Assembly (NCBI GenBank): GCA_000708835.1
Contig: DF237339.1
Coordinates: 1-64,000, forward strand
DNA from: Klebsormidium nitens
Taxonomy: Eukaryota > Plantae > Klebsormidiophyceae
Length of the DNA: 64,000 nt
Reading direction: 5' to 3'
Shown: one piece after another, positions 11,401-22,100 of the stretch
How positions within the stretch are numbered: position 1 is the first letter of the stretch
Layout of the letters: every line of letters starts with the position of its first letter
Translations under genes and position numbers: made by a program
The notes under the pieces: model-generated
What the model was told of the DNA's origin: nothing
Databases searched by the model: none
Seen by the model: the letters and a program-made list of their open reading frames with translations, nothing else

Positions 11401-12924
11401 GATCCAGTCGATGCTGGCTGACTTGGAAACAGAGGCGGGGAAGGATGGAGAGTTCGTCCGGATAGCTTCGGACAGGGGCCAGGCTCCGGACGCTGCTCAG
11501 CGTCCGAACGGAGTTACAAAAGCGAAAGCGGGAACGGCGTCCGTAGAGAAGAAGCGGGCGCCCGCGCCGAACGGCGTGCCCGAACGGCCGGCTGTCCGTG
11601 CTGACGTCAGCGAAGAGCCGCGTGCCAACGGGCTAACGGATATAAAGCTCGCAGGGAAGACGAACGGCATCGGCGGTGGGAGTACCCCCCGAGTCGGAGC
11701 CGGATTGGGTGCGAAGGCGGGGGTGACGACAGTCCACGTCAGCATGGACTCCGATAGCGACAGCGAGAGGGGGCCGGGTTCGGGCTCAGATGCGGAGTCC
11801 GATCGAGAGTCCGAACGGGCAGAAGCGTCCGAAACGGAATCTGCTAGTGAGGAGGAGGAAGAGGAGGTTCGGCCGGGGATGAAAAGGGAAGCTGGAGAGC
11901 GAGGGCAAGCTAACGGGGTAATATCGGTTCCTGCTAGCGGGGGGAGCCGACAGCCGTTTAGTCCGGGCAAGGGGCTTGGGCAGTACGGGTTTGAAGGTGG
12001 GTTTTAGGCCGCGAACCTCTTGTCATCTGATTCTGCGGAACCTGAAAGTTGGCAGTAATTTGGATCGAAGCCTGGTTTTCCCTGCTGTAGATTCGTGCGG
12101 TCATTGAGCAGAGAGCAGGTTCACAATATCTACAGTTAGTAGCTCGTCCTTCAGATCTTTGCCTCCAGATGTAAATGAAGCAGAGGCATTGTGCATCTGT
12201 TTCATCTATCATGCCTTTTTACTGATTAAAGCGTATAGCTTCTCGATCTGGGAAAGCTCGGGGTGTAAGTGTGCGACATCCCAAATGTCGAGCCATTCGA
12301 CGAATCTCTGAAAGACAATGTGGTCCCTGTCTGCAGTCCCGTCCTGGGACAACGTGGAGGCCCTGGGCAACGGTCCTGCTGGCCCCAGCGACGTCACGCA
12401 TCCGAAGCGGAGATACGATGAGTGGTAAGTCAGTGGTCGCAATTCAAGATGTTGAGCCCGTTTTGTGATATCCACATTATTGGCACTCGGCCCTTGGAAG
12501 CCGAGACAGTTGAACAACAAGTCATCCTGCCTGGTGACATCAGTAGTCACGGATGTTTGAGAAGCGTGCAAGCCTCTCCGTAAGCCAAAATGTTTTTGTA
12601 TACAAGGAGTTCCTTCCGAGAAGAAACCCGAACATTTGAACGGAATCAGGAAGTTGCCACTTTTGGCAAGATTTTGGGGCTACTGGGGTGATTGCAATTC
12701 TTGTCGCCTTTTGCAGGGACCAATATTACGACCAAGGTAAAACGAAGAAAGTGAAGACCAAGGGCCTGGCAGACGGCGACTACGCCTCCTTCTTGGCTTC
12801 CGAAGGTCGACACGTGGCAGGCGCCCCCAACGGCTCGGCGGTCAGCAACCCCTTCCAGTCGTTTGCGAGCGAAGCTTCAGCTGGCAAGAAGGGGAAAGGT
12901 AGAAAACCGCACAGAGTCAAGTGA
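5463..12924 (+). CDS. UBP23: Ubiquitin-specific protease, UBP23/USP36-USP42 type (peptidase C19), 9 exons
   Basis: Exons 5463-5753, 6161-6275, 6726-7006, 7438-7592, 7868-8171, 9384-9922, 10666-11996, 12337-12424, 12717-12924 are all phase-compatible. Cys box [33 protein letters not shown], His box [19 protein letters not shown], and the family C-terminal motif [17 protein letters not shown]. Confidence 0.92.
8676..8765 (+). ncRNA. Intronic double-guide box C/D snoRNA (intron 5 of the UBP23-like gene)
   Basis: Box C GTGATGT 8688-8694, D' CTTA 8713-8716, C' GTGCTGA 8723-8729, D CTGA 8749-8752. Closing stem gggccgc-tgcc / ggca-cg-gcggccc. Guide 8700-8711 pairs (12 bp, one G-U) with recalled SSU rRNA GUGGUGCAUGGC. 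Guide 8735-8748 pairs (14 bp, one G-U) with recalled LSU rRNA AUCUUGGUGGUAGU. Confidence 0.88.
10340..10700 (+). repeat. Tandem triplication (spacing 120 and 111 bp) spanning the 3' splice site of UBP23 intron 6 and the first ~34 nt of exon 7
   Basis: cacag|GACGTACGTGCC(T/C)CCGCAGTACT(G/A)CCACCTG occurs three times, with AG at 10433-34, 10553-54 and 10664-65. A degenerate partial unit lies at about 10340-10430. Confidence 0.95.
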
Positions 12925-14309
12925 AGGGAATGAGCTAGACGGGGATCTGTTCTGTTTGCTTGCTTGTGTGCATTCAGATTTGAGGTTTGCCCTCTCGAGG
13001 TGAGCATGTTAAATAACGGCTTTTCAGTAGGGTTTGACACGCATTATTCTTCAAGCGCTTTGCAAGGTGTACGTAGCGACAAGGTTAGGACGCATCGCTG
13101 TGACGGCTGCATGCCAGTCCAATCGTTAATTTTTGAAAGAGTTTTCTGGGTCCCATCACTCTTCGTCCAACTTGAAGCGACGGCTGCAAGATGCGAAGCT
13201 TGTTGTCGCCGTCCTTAAACTGTGGCCATGCAGGTATGGTTATCATTGAATATGGTCGTCCTGGTGGTGCAAGTCGCTGTACTCAGTTTAGTAGAGCCAA
13301 ATGTGTGGGTCAATCTGCAAATTAAACGAAATTGACCCCGACTCGTGTGCACATCATGCCAAGTTTTGCAGTGCACGTACAAGTCCGACAAATTCATGCT
13401 GCGGCTGCGCCTGTATTGTGCTTGTATTTACATCCTTCACAACATGATCATTCTGGTCACGCATGCCACCGCGTACCTCAAACTGCAGATCTCGATGCAA
13501 GCGTGCTTTCGCGCTTCAACTAATTCAATGGCGCGGCCAGCTCGCGCAATCTAGCTATATAGGCCGGCATGTTATATGGCATCGTTAAAATTCAATGATA
13601 TCTGACATTCTGTATAGTTGGACATGGTACACGTACGTGTCCATAGCGTGTACGTGTCCATGTCCACGTCCATGTACACGTGTACATGATCGGACGGCGC
13701 ATGATCTCTGGCGGCCTCATCAATTAGGCACTGCATGTCGGCCGGGTAACAGTTATCAACTTAGATTTTGTGGATCGTAATTAAGTTCGACTATTACTGG
13801 TGGTTCGCCAGGAGCACCTGCGTCCATCCCAATCAGGTACTCTTTCAACTATCGCAGATGTATCGTATAGGATTTCAATGTTCGGCTGCTTTTGATTCCA
13901 TTACAATGGCTTGCTTTTTGTACGACTCCGTCTCTGACTCGGATCACCTTTCGCGGCCAGTCCTTGATGAGCACCGTGTGTGCCCTGTCACAGCACAGTT
14001 GACGACCGGATGCCCAACAACACCCTCTCATTACCCTCGTTCAACTTAACAGAGGGGCACGTGTAACATTTTCTGTGAAGCCCTTCGATAGGGCCCCACT
14101 TCGCCTGTGCTGGTGTGGGCCCGGTGTTCTTTCTCAAATCACCACCAATACGGCGACAAGATGCTCACGGTCTATATTCGTGGACGTCCTGTTCTTTTGC
14201 ATGAACATCGCCTGTTTCAAGACCAGTCTTGAAAGCAGATGCCCACTAGGCATCCCAATTGAAGGATGGGGCAGGATAGATAGAATGGCGAAGAGCCGTC
14301 AGACGTTCA

Positions 14310-15480
14310 TCAGCCTTCAGGAGGGTGAGCAATGTGTTGCAGAGCTTCCGCCATGGTTTCGACCTCCCAGCTAATGGTCTTTGTCCAGTTTTCGAAGTCC
14401 CCAATCTCCTGGAACCAGCAGGTAAGAGTCTGGTCAAAAAGAGCACCATGCCCACCCACAATCAATCTCCTCTGGCACCAACGTGCGCGAAAATGGCTCA
14501 ACAATGCAGGTGCGCTTTGACTTTACTCGATGCTACAGTTGCAGGAACCTGTGAAAGCTTCATTTTACATTTTGTGCAAAAGAAGTGCTCCAAGGAGGGA
14601 GCAAGGCATCACAGGTGGAGTTTATCATCACTGCTTGCATGGATAAGCACGTCACCTCAGCCTCGGAATTGATGGTACAGGATTCAAACCAATCATTGCA
14701 GAAGAACTTGTCTTACCTTCAACGCATCATCAAAGCTGCTCAGTGTGCGCACCCACTGCTGCGTCTGTTTGGTATACTGCCCGACTGAGTTAACCAACGC
14801 TCTTGTTTCCACCTCAATCCTTTTCTGGTTCACAAAGATTTCTTGCACGTTCTTGTTCACGCTGTCCACAAGCAAATCCATCAGCTCAGACACTGACGCC
14901 AGAGCAACCTGCTTCTGCCGGGCTGCAGAACAGAAAGAATTTCAAATGAGTTATGCTTGGTGGTGGCATCACTTAGCACCAAAAGTAGATCCTCACAACA
15001 GGGAACCACAAAAGCTTCTTCGGACTTACACTTAAGTTGGTGGTGGCAATTACAAAGCGTGGTGGCATTATTTAACACCAAAAGTAGACGCTTGCATCGC
15101 ATCCGCACGACAGAGAATCACACAAGCTTCTTTGGAGTTACATTTTAGTTGATGGTGGCACTTTGAAGTCACTTGAGAAGATTCGGAGCTATGCCTCCAA
15201 ATGCACAGTGACTTGTAATGGTCTGCAGCAGCAGAAAAGCTAAATGCACCTTCGATCGCCCGTACTAAACTCCCAATTTCCAGTAGTTGTTCCCTCTCTT
15301 CTTTCCAAAGCGATCACCCACTTCCACCAAGTGAGAGTTGCCTATCCTTTGTAAATGCCTTCATCTTGAACCAGCATTCTGAAATGTGCTTCATCCCCTT
15401 GTCGGCTCACCTGTGCTTTCTTTGAGAGTGAGCTGCTTCTTTGCATGCTCGGTCAAAATTTCGTCAAAGATGGAAGCCAT
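14310..15480 (-). CDS. BLOS1: BLOC-1 complex subunit 1 (GCN5L1 family), 3 exons, 124 aa
   Basis: Exons 15411-15480, 14717-14922, 14310-14408: MASIFDEILTEHAKKQLTLKEST...LLVDSVNKNVQEIFVNQKRIEVETRAL...KQTQQW...ALKEIGDFENWTKTI. Matches recalled BLOC1S1. Confidence 0.92.
14958..15160. repeat. Degenerate ~100-bp tandem duplication in BLOS1 intron 1
   Basis: ggtggca..t.a.caccaaaagtaga and aagcttctt.gga.ttaca.tt.agttg.tggtggca each occur twice. Confidence 0.65.
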
Positions 15481-16136
15481 TTTGCCACAGCAATCTGTCA
15501 GCATTCTGTGTCTTCCACCAAGCGCTGTACCCTTGTTGACCCTCGAAGCTCTCTTCCCCACTTGCCTTGGGCTGGGGCCAGGAATTGGACCAGGAAGAAA
15601 CGCCCCTTTCTTGTTGAACCAGCTGATCTTTGAAGAAACTTGAAGCAAAATCTGCTTTTCAAGTTTCAGTTTCACGTCCTGTGACCTGTCAATGGTGAGA
15701 CTCAGAGAAAGTGAGCGTATAAATTCCCTGAATTTCTTCAATAAGCCAGTATTATTTTACCGTTAGGTATTCTGGAGGATTGTTTCCATACACGGTACTT
15801 GTTGAGTTGGAACTTGGGCCGGAACTGCCGTAGAGATGAGCACTTTAGAGCTATATATATTACTTGTGTATCACAATATAAGCCCAATAGAAACGTCGGA
15901 TTTGCTAGAAATAGATGGGGGCTAGGCCTGAGACACCTCAGGTCAGGGGCCAGGGCAAAGCCGCAGCTTGATCAGCATGACACTTGCTCCGCCTTGAGGC
16001 CATGGTCCTAGAAAGTGGCCATGGCGCATGAAATGGGAAGCAGGAAGAAGAGGATACAACAGTGGAGGCCAATTGAAGGCTAGGTGGGGAATTAGTTACC
16101 TCATTCCATCAGCCACGCAGTTCTACAGCAAAAGCC

Positions 16137-19100
16137 ATGGGCAATCAACTTGCCCGGACGACGCAAGTCTCCCCGTCTGACTACTATCTCCATGACCTCC
16201 CCAACAATGTCGTGTACAAGGCGACGTTGGGAGGGGGAAGGTTTCTCAAGACTGTGCAGTGCGTTCATGATGAGGGGCTCGTTGTGGCGAAAGTCTACTT
16301 TAAACGAGGAGACACACCGACGCTGAAGGTGTGAAGAACACCTCCAGCTTCAGTTCTTTGCTGTGCAATTACAACAACCTGCTCAAAGGCTTGTTCAGTT
16401 TCTCATTGCGAGGGGGCCTTTAATGATCCCTGTGCTGGGTATGATGCGTTCGTTTGAACATGTTTAAGTTTTCGGACATTGTTTGCTTGGAGAATGCTGT
16501 TTGATCCTAACTGAAAGAGTCAGCTAGAGGGGACTTGCAACGAACAATGTGTACAAAGGTCGCTCCAAAACTGAACTTGTATCTGATTGGCCTTCAACAT
16601 AGTCGGAGGTTCTCAATGTCAGATACTGTGTGCCCCATCCCTTAGTTCTGGATTCTCAACAGAGTATCTCACTTGGTTGCTGAGAAAGGTTGCTGTCATG
16701 ACAGGATCATGCTATGTGGTGGCACCAGAGTTCATTTGCACGTTGCTATCAGCTGAGACTAGTGCAGGCACTTGACAGTATTTTCTAATTGATCAGGTGC
16801 AATGAATAACACCACCAATAAATTGGTGGTCTGGGCACGTACTTAGGCCCTCCATTCTAACTCTGCTTCTGACGTATGTAGCTCACCCGTTGCTTGAGCT
16901 TCTCTTCTTTCGTATCAGAATCTGGAAAATGATGAATTTCCGATTTTAAACTGCGTGTTGAAAAGTAGGACGTGCTCCCATCACCGCCGGTTACACACCG
17001 GTGACACAACCTGCCTGGGACGCAACGCCCCCCACACTGTCAAAGTGCAAACGACCATGACGCTTCAGTGGATAATTTGGAGTACAAGCTGGGACAAGAG
17101 TCTTGTGTTGCTACATACTCAAGGCTTGTCGAATCACTTTGCACATCTATCTTAGGAATTGAGATGTCAAGAAACGATTCTATCTCAGGTTTACGAGCGC
17201 CGCCTGGCGGAGATCCGGCAGAAGCTCGCCGACGTCCCACTGTCGCACGTGTGGCCGTTCCAGCGGTGGGTGGACACCGACAAAGCTGCGTACCTTGTGC
17301 GCCAGTACTTCTACAGCAACCTCTACGACCGCATCAGCACGCGGCCCTTCCTGACGGCCATCGAGAAGAAGTGGCTCGCCTTTCAGCTGCTCCATGCGGT
17401 GAGTCCGTTCAGCATTGGGCTGACTTCTCAGATGCGGTTGGGGTGCTAAGAGGACCTGGTTGTCATCACAGTCCAAACTTCGCACACTAAAGGTGGTGCC
17501 AGTTTGATTGATTTGCAGAGGTGTTTCATTGTTGCCCGCTGCCGGAATGGGTGTAAATGTCTCGATACCTCTTCATGATCGCACAAGGTGGTGTTCCACC
17601 ATTATGAGGGCACCTGACAAGTCCTGGGCAAATCAATAGAGAACGAGGTGGATTGGCGTTTGTTTCTAGGCTCCTAAGTTCCTCGTGGCACTTTTGTGAC
17701 ATAGACGCTTTATGACACAACTCACCAAGTCTCAAGCCGCCACAGCTTGACCACCCCCCCTGGTGTCAAACCTGCAGCTCGCGCAGAGCCACGATAGAGG
17801 CGTCTGTCATGGCGACATCAAGTGCGAGAACGTTCTGGTCACAAGTTGGGGCTGGGTTTACTTGGCGGACTTCGCATCTTTCAAACCGACGCACCTGCCG
17901 GCCGACAATCCTGCCGACTTTTCCTTCTTCTTCGACACTGGGGGGCGGCGGCGCTGCTATATTGCACCTGAGGTAGGAGGTTGAAGGATTTCCGTACTTT
18001 TCCTGGTCACTGAAAGTACGGCGGCCTTGGGGTGAGACCTTGTCATAGGAGAGCAGAAACAATCGACGAAGACCCCGTGGAATTTGGAACATGCTCGCTC
18101 AACCGGATCCATCTGTCTCCGGCCGTTTCTCTCAGAAAAAATCATATACAATTCATACAGAAGTTGACCTTGTTGAGCTGGATTTCTTTCCAAGCTTCAT
18201 AAAATCCTCGTTCTCTGACCTACATCTTGAGAATCTCATCCTTGTTCTGGCTGTAAGGTTTCGCGTCGAGCAATTTGGGTGAGCGCTCATCTCCGTTCCT
18301 CTGGAGCAATGAGGGCGCTTCGATCGATCCCGTGGTATTCAAGGTACTTACCGGGTACGGGATGTTTCTAGAGAGGACAGTCTACAAAGCTGGACGCGGA
18401 CCGGAGATGCGAAGTTAGTGAGCCTAGCAGGTTTCGGTCGATGCGGACTCTATCAGCAGGGCTCCGGTTTGCTCAGAAAGTCGTTTCGCCTGCTTATTCC
18501 TTATTGTCCTTTTATGCAGCGCTTCTTCGAGTCCTCCAAGCCACCCCCCGACGGCGACGCGCCCCTCGCGCCGGCGATGGACATCTTCTCGCTGGGCTGC
18601 ATCATCGCGGAGCTCTTCCTGGAGGGCCAGCCGCTCTTCACGCTCTCGCACCTCCTGCAGTACCGTAACGGCCTATATGACCCTGCTGCCGCTGTCAATA
18701 AGGTACGCTATGGCCGAAATTGACGGCGACTTCTTCTCGGGACGTTTGTGGGTCCTCTGTTTTGCCCTTGTCCTGAACTGGAAGTCTACCTTTTGTGGCC
18801 TTCATATGGTGCTCGAAGCAGCAGCAAGGTTACCCGAACCGCTCTGGATCCGGCTGCTGATATAGCCTCGACAAGACGGAATCCAAAATGCAATTGTCTC
18901 ATATGTGCGTGTTGTGATCCCTCTATCCGGTTGGATGTTGTAGAGATCTTCTGCGACCTTCGATTGGGTGCGCCTTTGAGTTCGTCAAAATGGACAGTCA
19001 AGTAACATTGGCGGCACTCTGCGGCCATCCTCGATAAATGCAAGGACGGCCCATCTGCGTCTAGGGTCTCTTCAAGCTGCTCTTAGGCCGACGTTGCAAC

Positions 19101-22100
19101 TTTAGCTTGACGCGTTGCGTTCTGTGGCTTACCCCGCTGATGGATAATTCCTCCGGTTTTCTCTCGCTTTTCCGTACAGCAAATGAAGCCTTTGAAGCCA
19201 GCTTGACGCTTCTTGAACGTTCATACCATTCCCAATTGCTCCATTATACCTAATGCGTGGAGGGCTCACGTGTTTAGTTCTACGTGAAGCTTCTATTCGC
19301 TCTCAAGTCCTCGCTTCTTGACACCTTGCGTGGACTCTGCTTGACCTCGTTCCTTCTCGATTTGTAGATCCAAGACCCCGGCATCCGCTCCCTTATCTTG
19401 CACATGATCCAGCTCGACCCGTCCGCGCGCCTCTCCGCGCGCGAGTACCTCTCCCGCTGCGCCGCGAACACCCTCCCTAGTTACTTCTCTTACCTCCACG
19501 ACTTTTTCGGACGCCTCGTTCCGCTGGACGCGGATACTCGCGTTTCCGTTACCCAGGAAAGCTTCCCGGAACTTTGCCGGAAGATCCTCTCGGAGACGCC
19601 CGGAAAGGCGGGGGTTCAGGCTGATTCGCTGCGGATTGAGGGGGCCGTAACGCCCCCGGAAAGTGCCCCCGAGAGCGATGTGAATAAGGTTCCCGAGTTC
19701 TCGCGGTCCAAGTCGCTTCCCGCCGAGCCCCGCCCGCACTCAGCCGCTGTCACGATTGACACCGGCCAGCTCATTGCTGACATCAGCAACATTCTGGGCT
19801 CGCCGAATAAGGCGCCGGGGGTAAGCCCGGGCTCACCAGGGGCCCCCCCGAAAGAAAGATCAAACGGTGCCGACCCTGGGAAAGGGAGCCCTCGGCAACT
19901 GTGGCCCCGGAGCGTGTCGTTAGGGGGGGCACAGGGCGGACGAAACTTACAGAATGGGGGGTCAGGACCAGCGGGGCAGAGGAGGGGGGTGACGGGGCCT
20001 GCTGCGTCGATCATGGGGAGAGACGGGGCGTTTATAGTGGATGAGCGTCCGGAGGGGGGGAGTTCTGGAGGGAATACCGAAGGGGGGGATCTGGCGGCGA
20101 GCAGGCTGAAGGTGACTGCTGCGGACGCGCAGAGAGCGGCGGCGCTGGCGATTGGTGAAGTAGTCACGGAAGAGGTGAGGAATCAGCTCCGGTACATTCC
20201 TTTCGCCTTGTCTAGTCTTGATGCGTGCTATCTTTCACTGTTGGTCACAGATTCGAGGATTGGGCCAAACAAGTCTGCAATGTTTGACAGTAGGACCTGT
20301 AGTATGTCGACTTGTGGTTCTAAAGGCTGGTATACGTGGACGATCGGTTCACAAATCTTGATGAACCACTTTGAGCGCATTCCTTGTCGCGATACTTTCT
20401 GATAACGCTTCTCTTCAACAAGCGAAGTCTTTCGTAAGACTCCGCAAGGGACGGTTACTCGTTTGAAGGATTCTAAACCTAAGCTCTCAAAGGTGGTCGT
20501 CTTTATGCAGACAACTTCTTCCCCACCTCTCATCTTCTATCATACGCCACCCATTCATCTTTGTTCATGCCCGCCTTCGTTTCCTCAGGTCCTCGAAACC
20601 CAGGTTCGCGACGGCCCTGACGGCTCTTTCGCTGAGCGGCCGATCTTCGCCGGCGGAGTCGCGTGCGGTCGCCGGAAGGAAGAGATCACCCTGCCAAAAG
20701 AAGGCAACTGGACTTGGGAAGGCGACTGGGCGGTCGATGTCGGGGGCGCGGTCGACGGCGAAGGCTGGCAATACCGGTCCGACAACCGGAGCGGAAACGG
20801 AAAGGAGGCCCGATCGTCGCCCCTGGGAAGACGATCGAGCGGCGCAGACGAGGTTTCGGAACGGAATCCGCCAGGGGAAACGGAGAGTAACGGAGCGGGC
20901 CTGGTCCGGGCCCCGAGCGGCGACCAAGAGAAGCGGCGCCAGTCTGCTTGGTCGCCACTCTGCACCTCGGACGCGCTCAGGCGGCGGCGGCGGTGGGTCC
21001 GAAAGCGCCGGAGGCGGCCCTCGTTTCCGGTACTTCTGGAAGACACCCCGCTAGTTGTCGAATGCCCCCCCATGGACCCCCCCGAAACGGTAACGATCTC
21101 CGAGGGCATGGTTCTGATCGCCGCCCTGCTCTGCGCATGCGTCCGATCCGTGAAACTGGCGCAGGGCCGCCGGACCGCGCTCTCGCTCTTGAAAGACACC
21201 GCGATGCACTGTGACGACGACGCGAGACTCCAGAGGATCGTTCCCGTCGTCGCCGGTCTAGTTCACGACCCAAGCGCGGCCGTCCGGTGCGCGGCGGTGT
21301 ACGCCCTCTCGGACGTCCTCTCCGTGGTCCGAAGCTTCCCGCTCTCGGACGGTCAGATCTTCCCGGAGTACATCTTCCCCAGCCTATCGATGCTCCCACG
21401 CGACCAGGAGGAAAGCGTACGGATCGCGTATGCGGACAGCATCGCCAAACTCGCGTCCGCAGCCCAGCGCTTCCTCGCGTGCTCCCAGCACATGACCAAC
21501 GAGGTTACCGCCGCGGTTACCCCGAGACCCGCCTCCAAAACCCCGCGCCCCCCCCGTCCAAATGCAGCGAAACCCACCCCCCCGGGGCACGCTCTCCATT
21601 TCGAAACCGAGCTGACCAACCTCCGGGAAGCCGTGGCACGCGTGATCCAAGAACTCGTCACCGGGCCGAAAAGCACGTCGGCCGTCCGCGCCGCGATCTT
21701 GCGCCACGTGTCCCCCCTCTGCACGTTCTTCGGCCGACGCGGCAGCCACGACTTCCTCCTCCCGCTCCTCATCACCTTCCTAAACGACCGTGACGATCGG
21801 TTACGGGCCGCGTTCTTCGAGCAAGCCGCGTCGTCCGGCGCACGCACGTGGGGGGGCGACGCGCACCTGGTCAATAAGCCGTCCCCCGTGGCGAGCGCTT
21901 ACATGCTCGAGGACCGGGGGCTGGGCCGTGCGAGTTTGGAGGCGTTTCTGCTGCCGTGCATCGAGCAGGCTCTGAACGATACCGAGGAAACGGTGCTCGC
22001 GGCGGCGCTGGGCTGTCTTACCGCGCTGACGGTGCGCGGGCTCCTGCGGAAGAAAGTGATGCTGGAGGCGACCGAGTGGACCGCGCCGCTGCTGTGCCAC

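Noticed and set aside
10726-11970. Long antisense ORFs over GC-rich exons (also 19616-20167, 22509-23264, 28933-29433, 40222-41286)
   Set aside because: Shadows of real coding exons on the opposite strand; low-complexity translations with no motifs.
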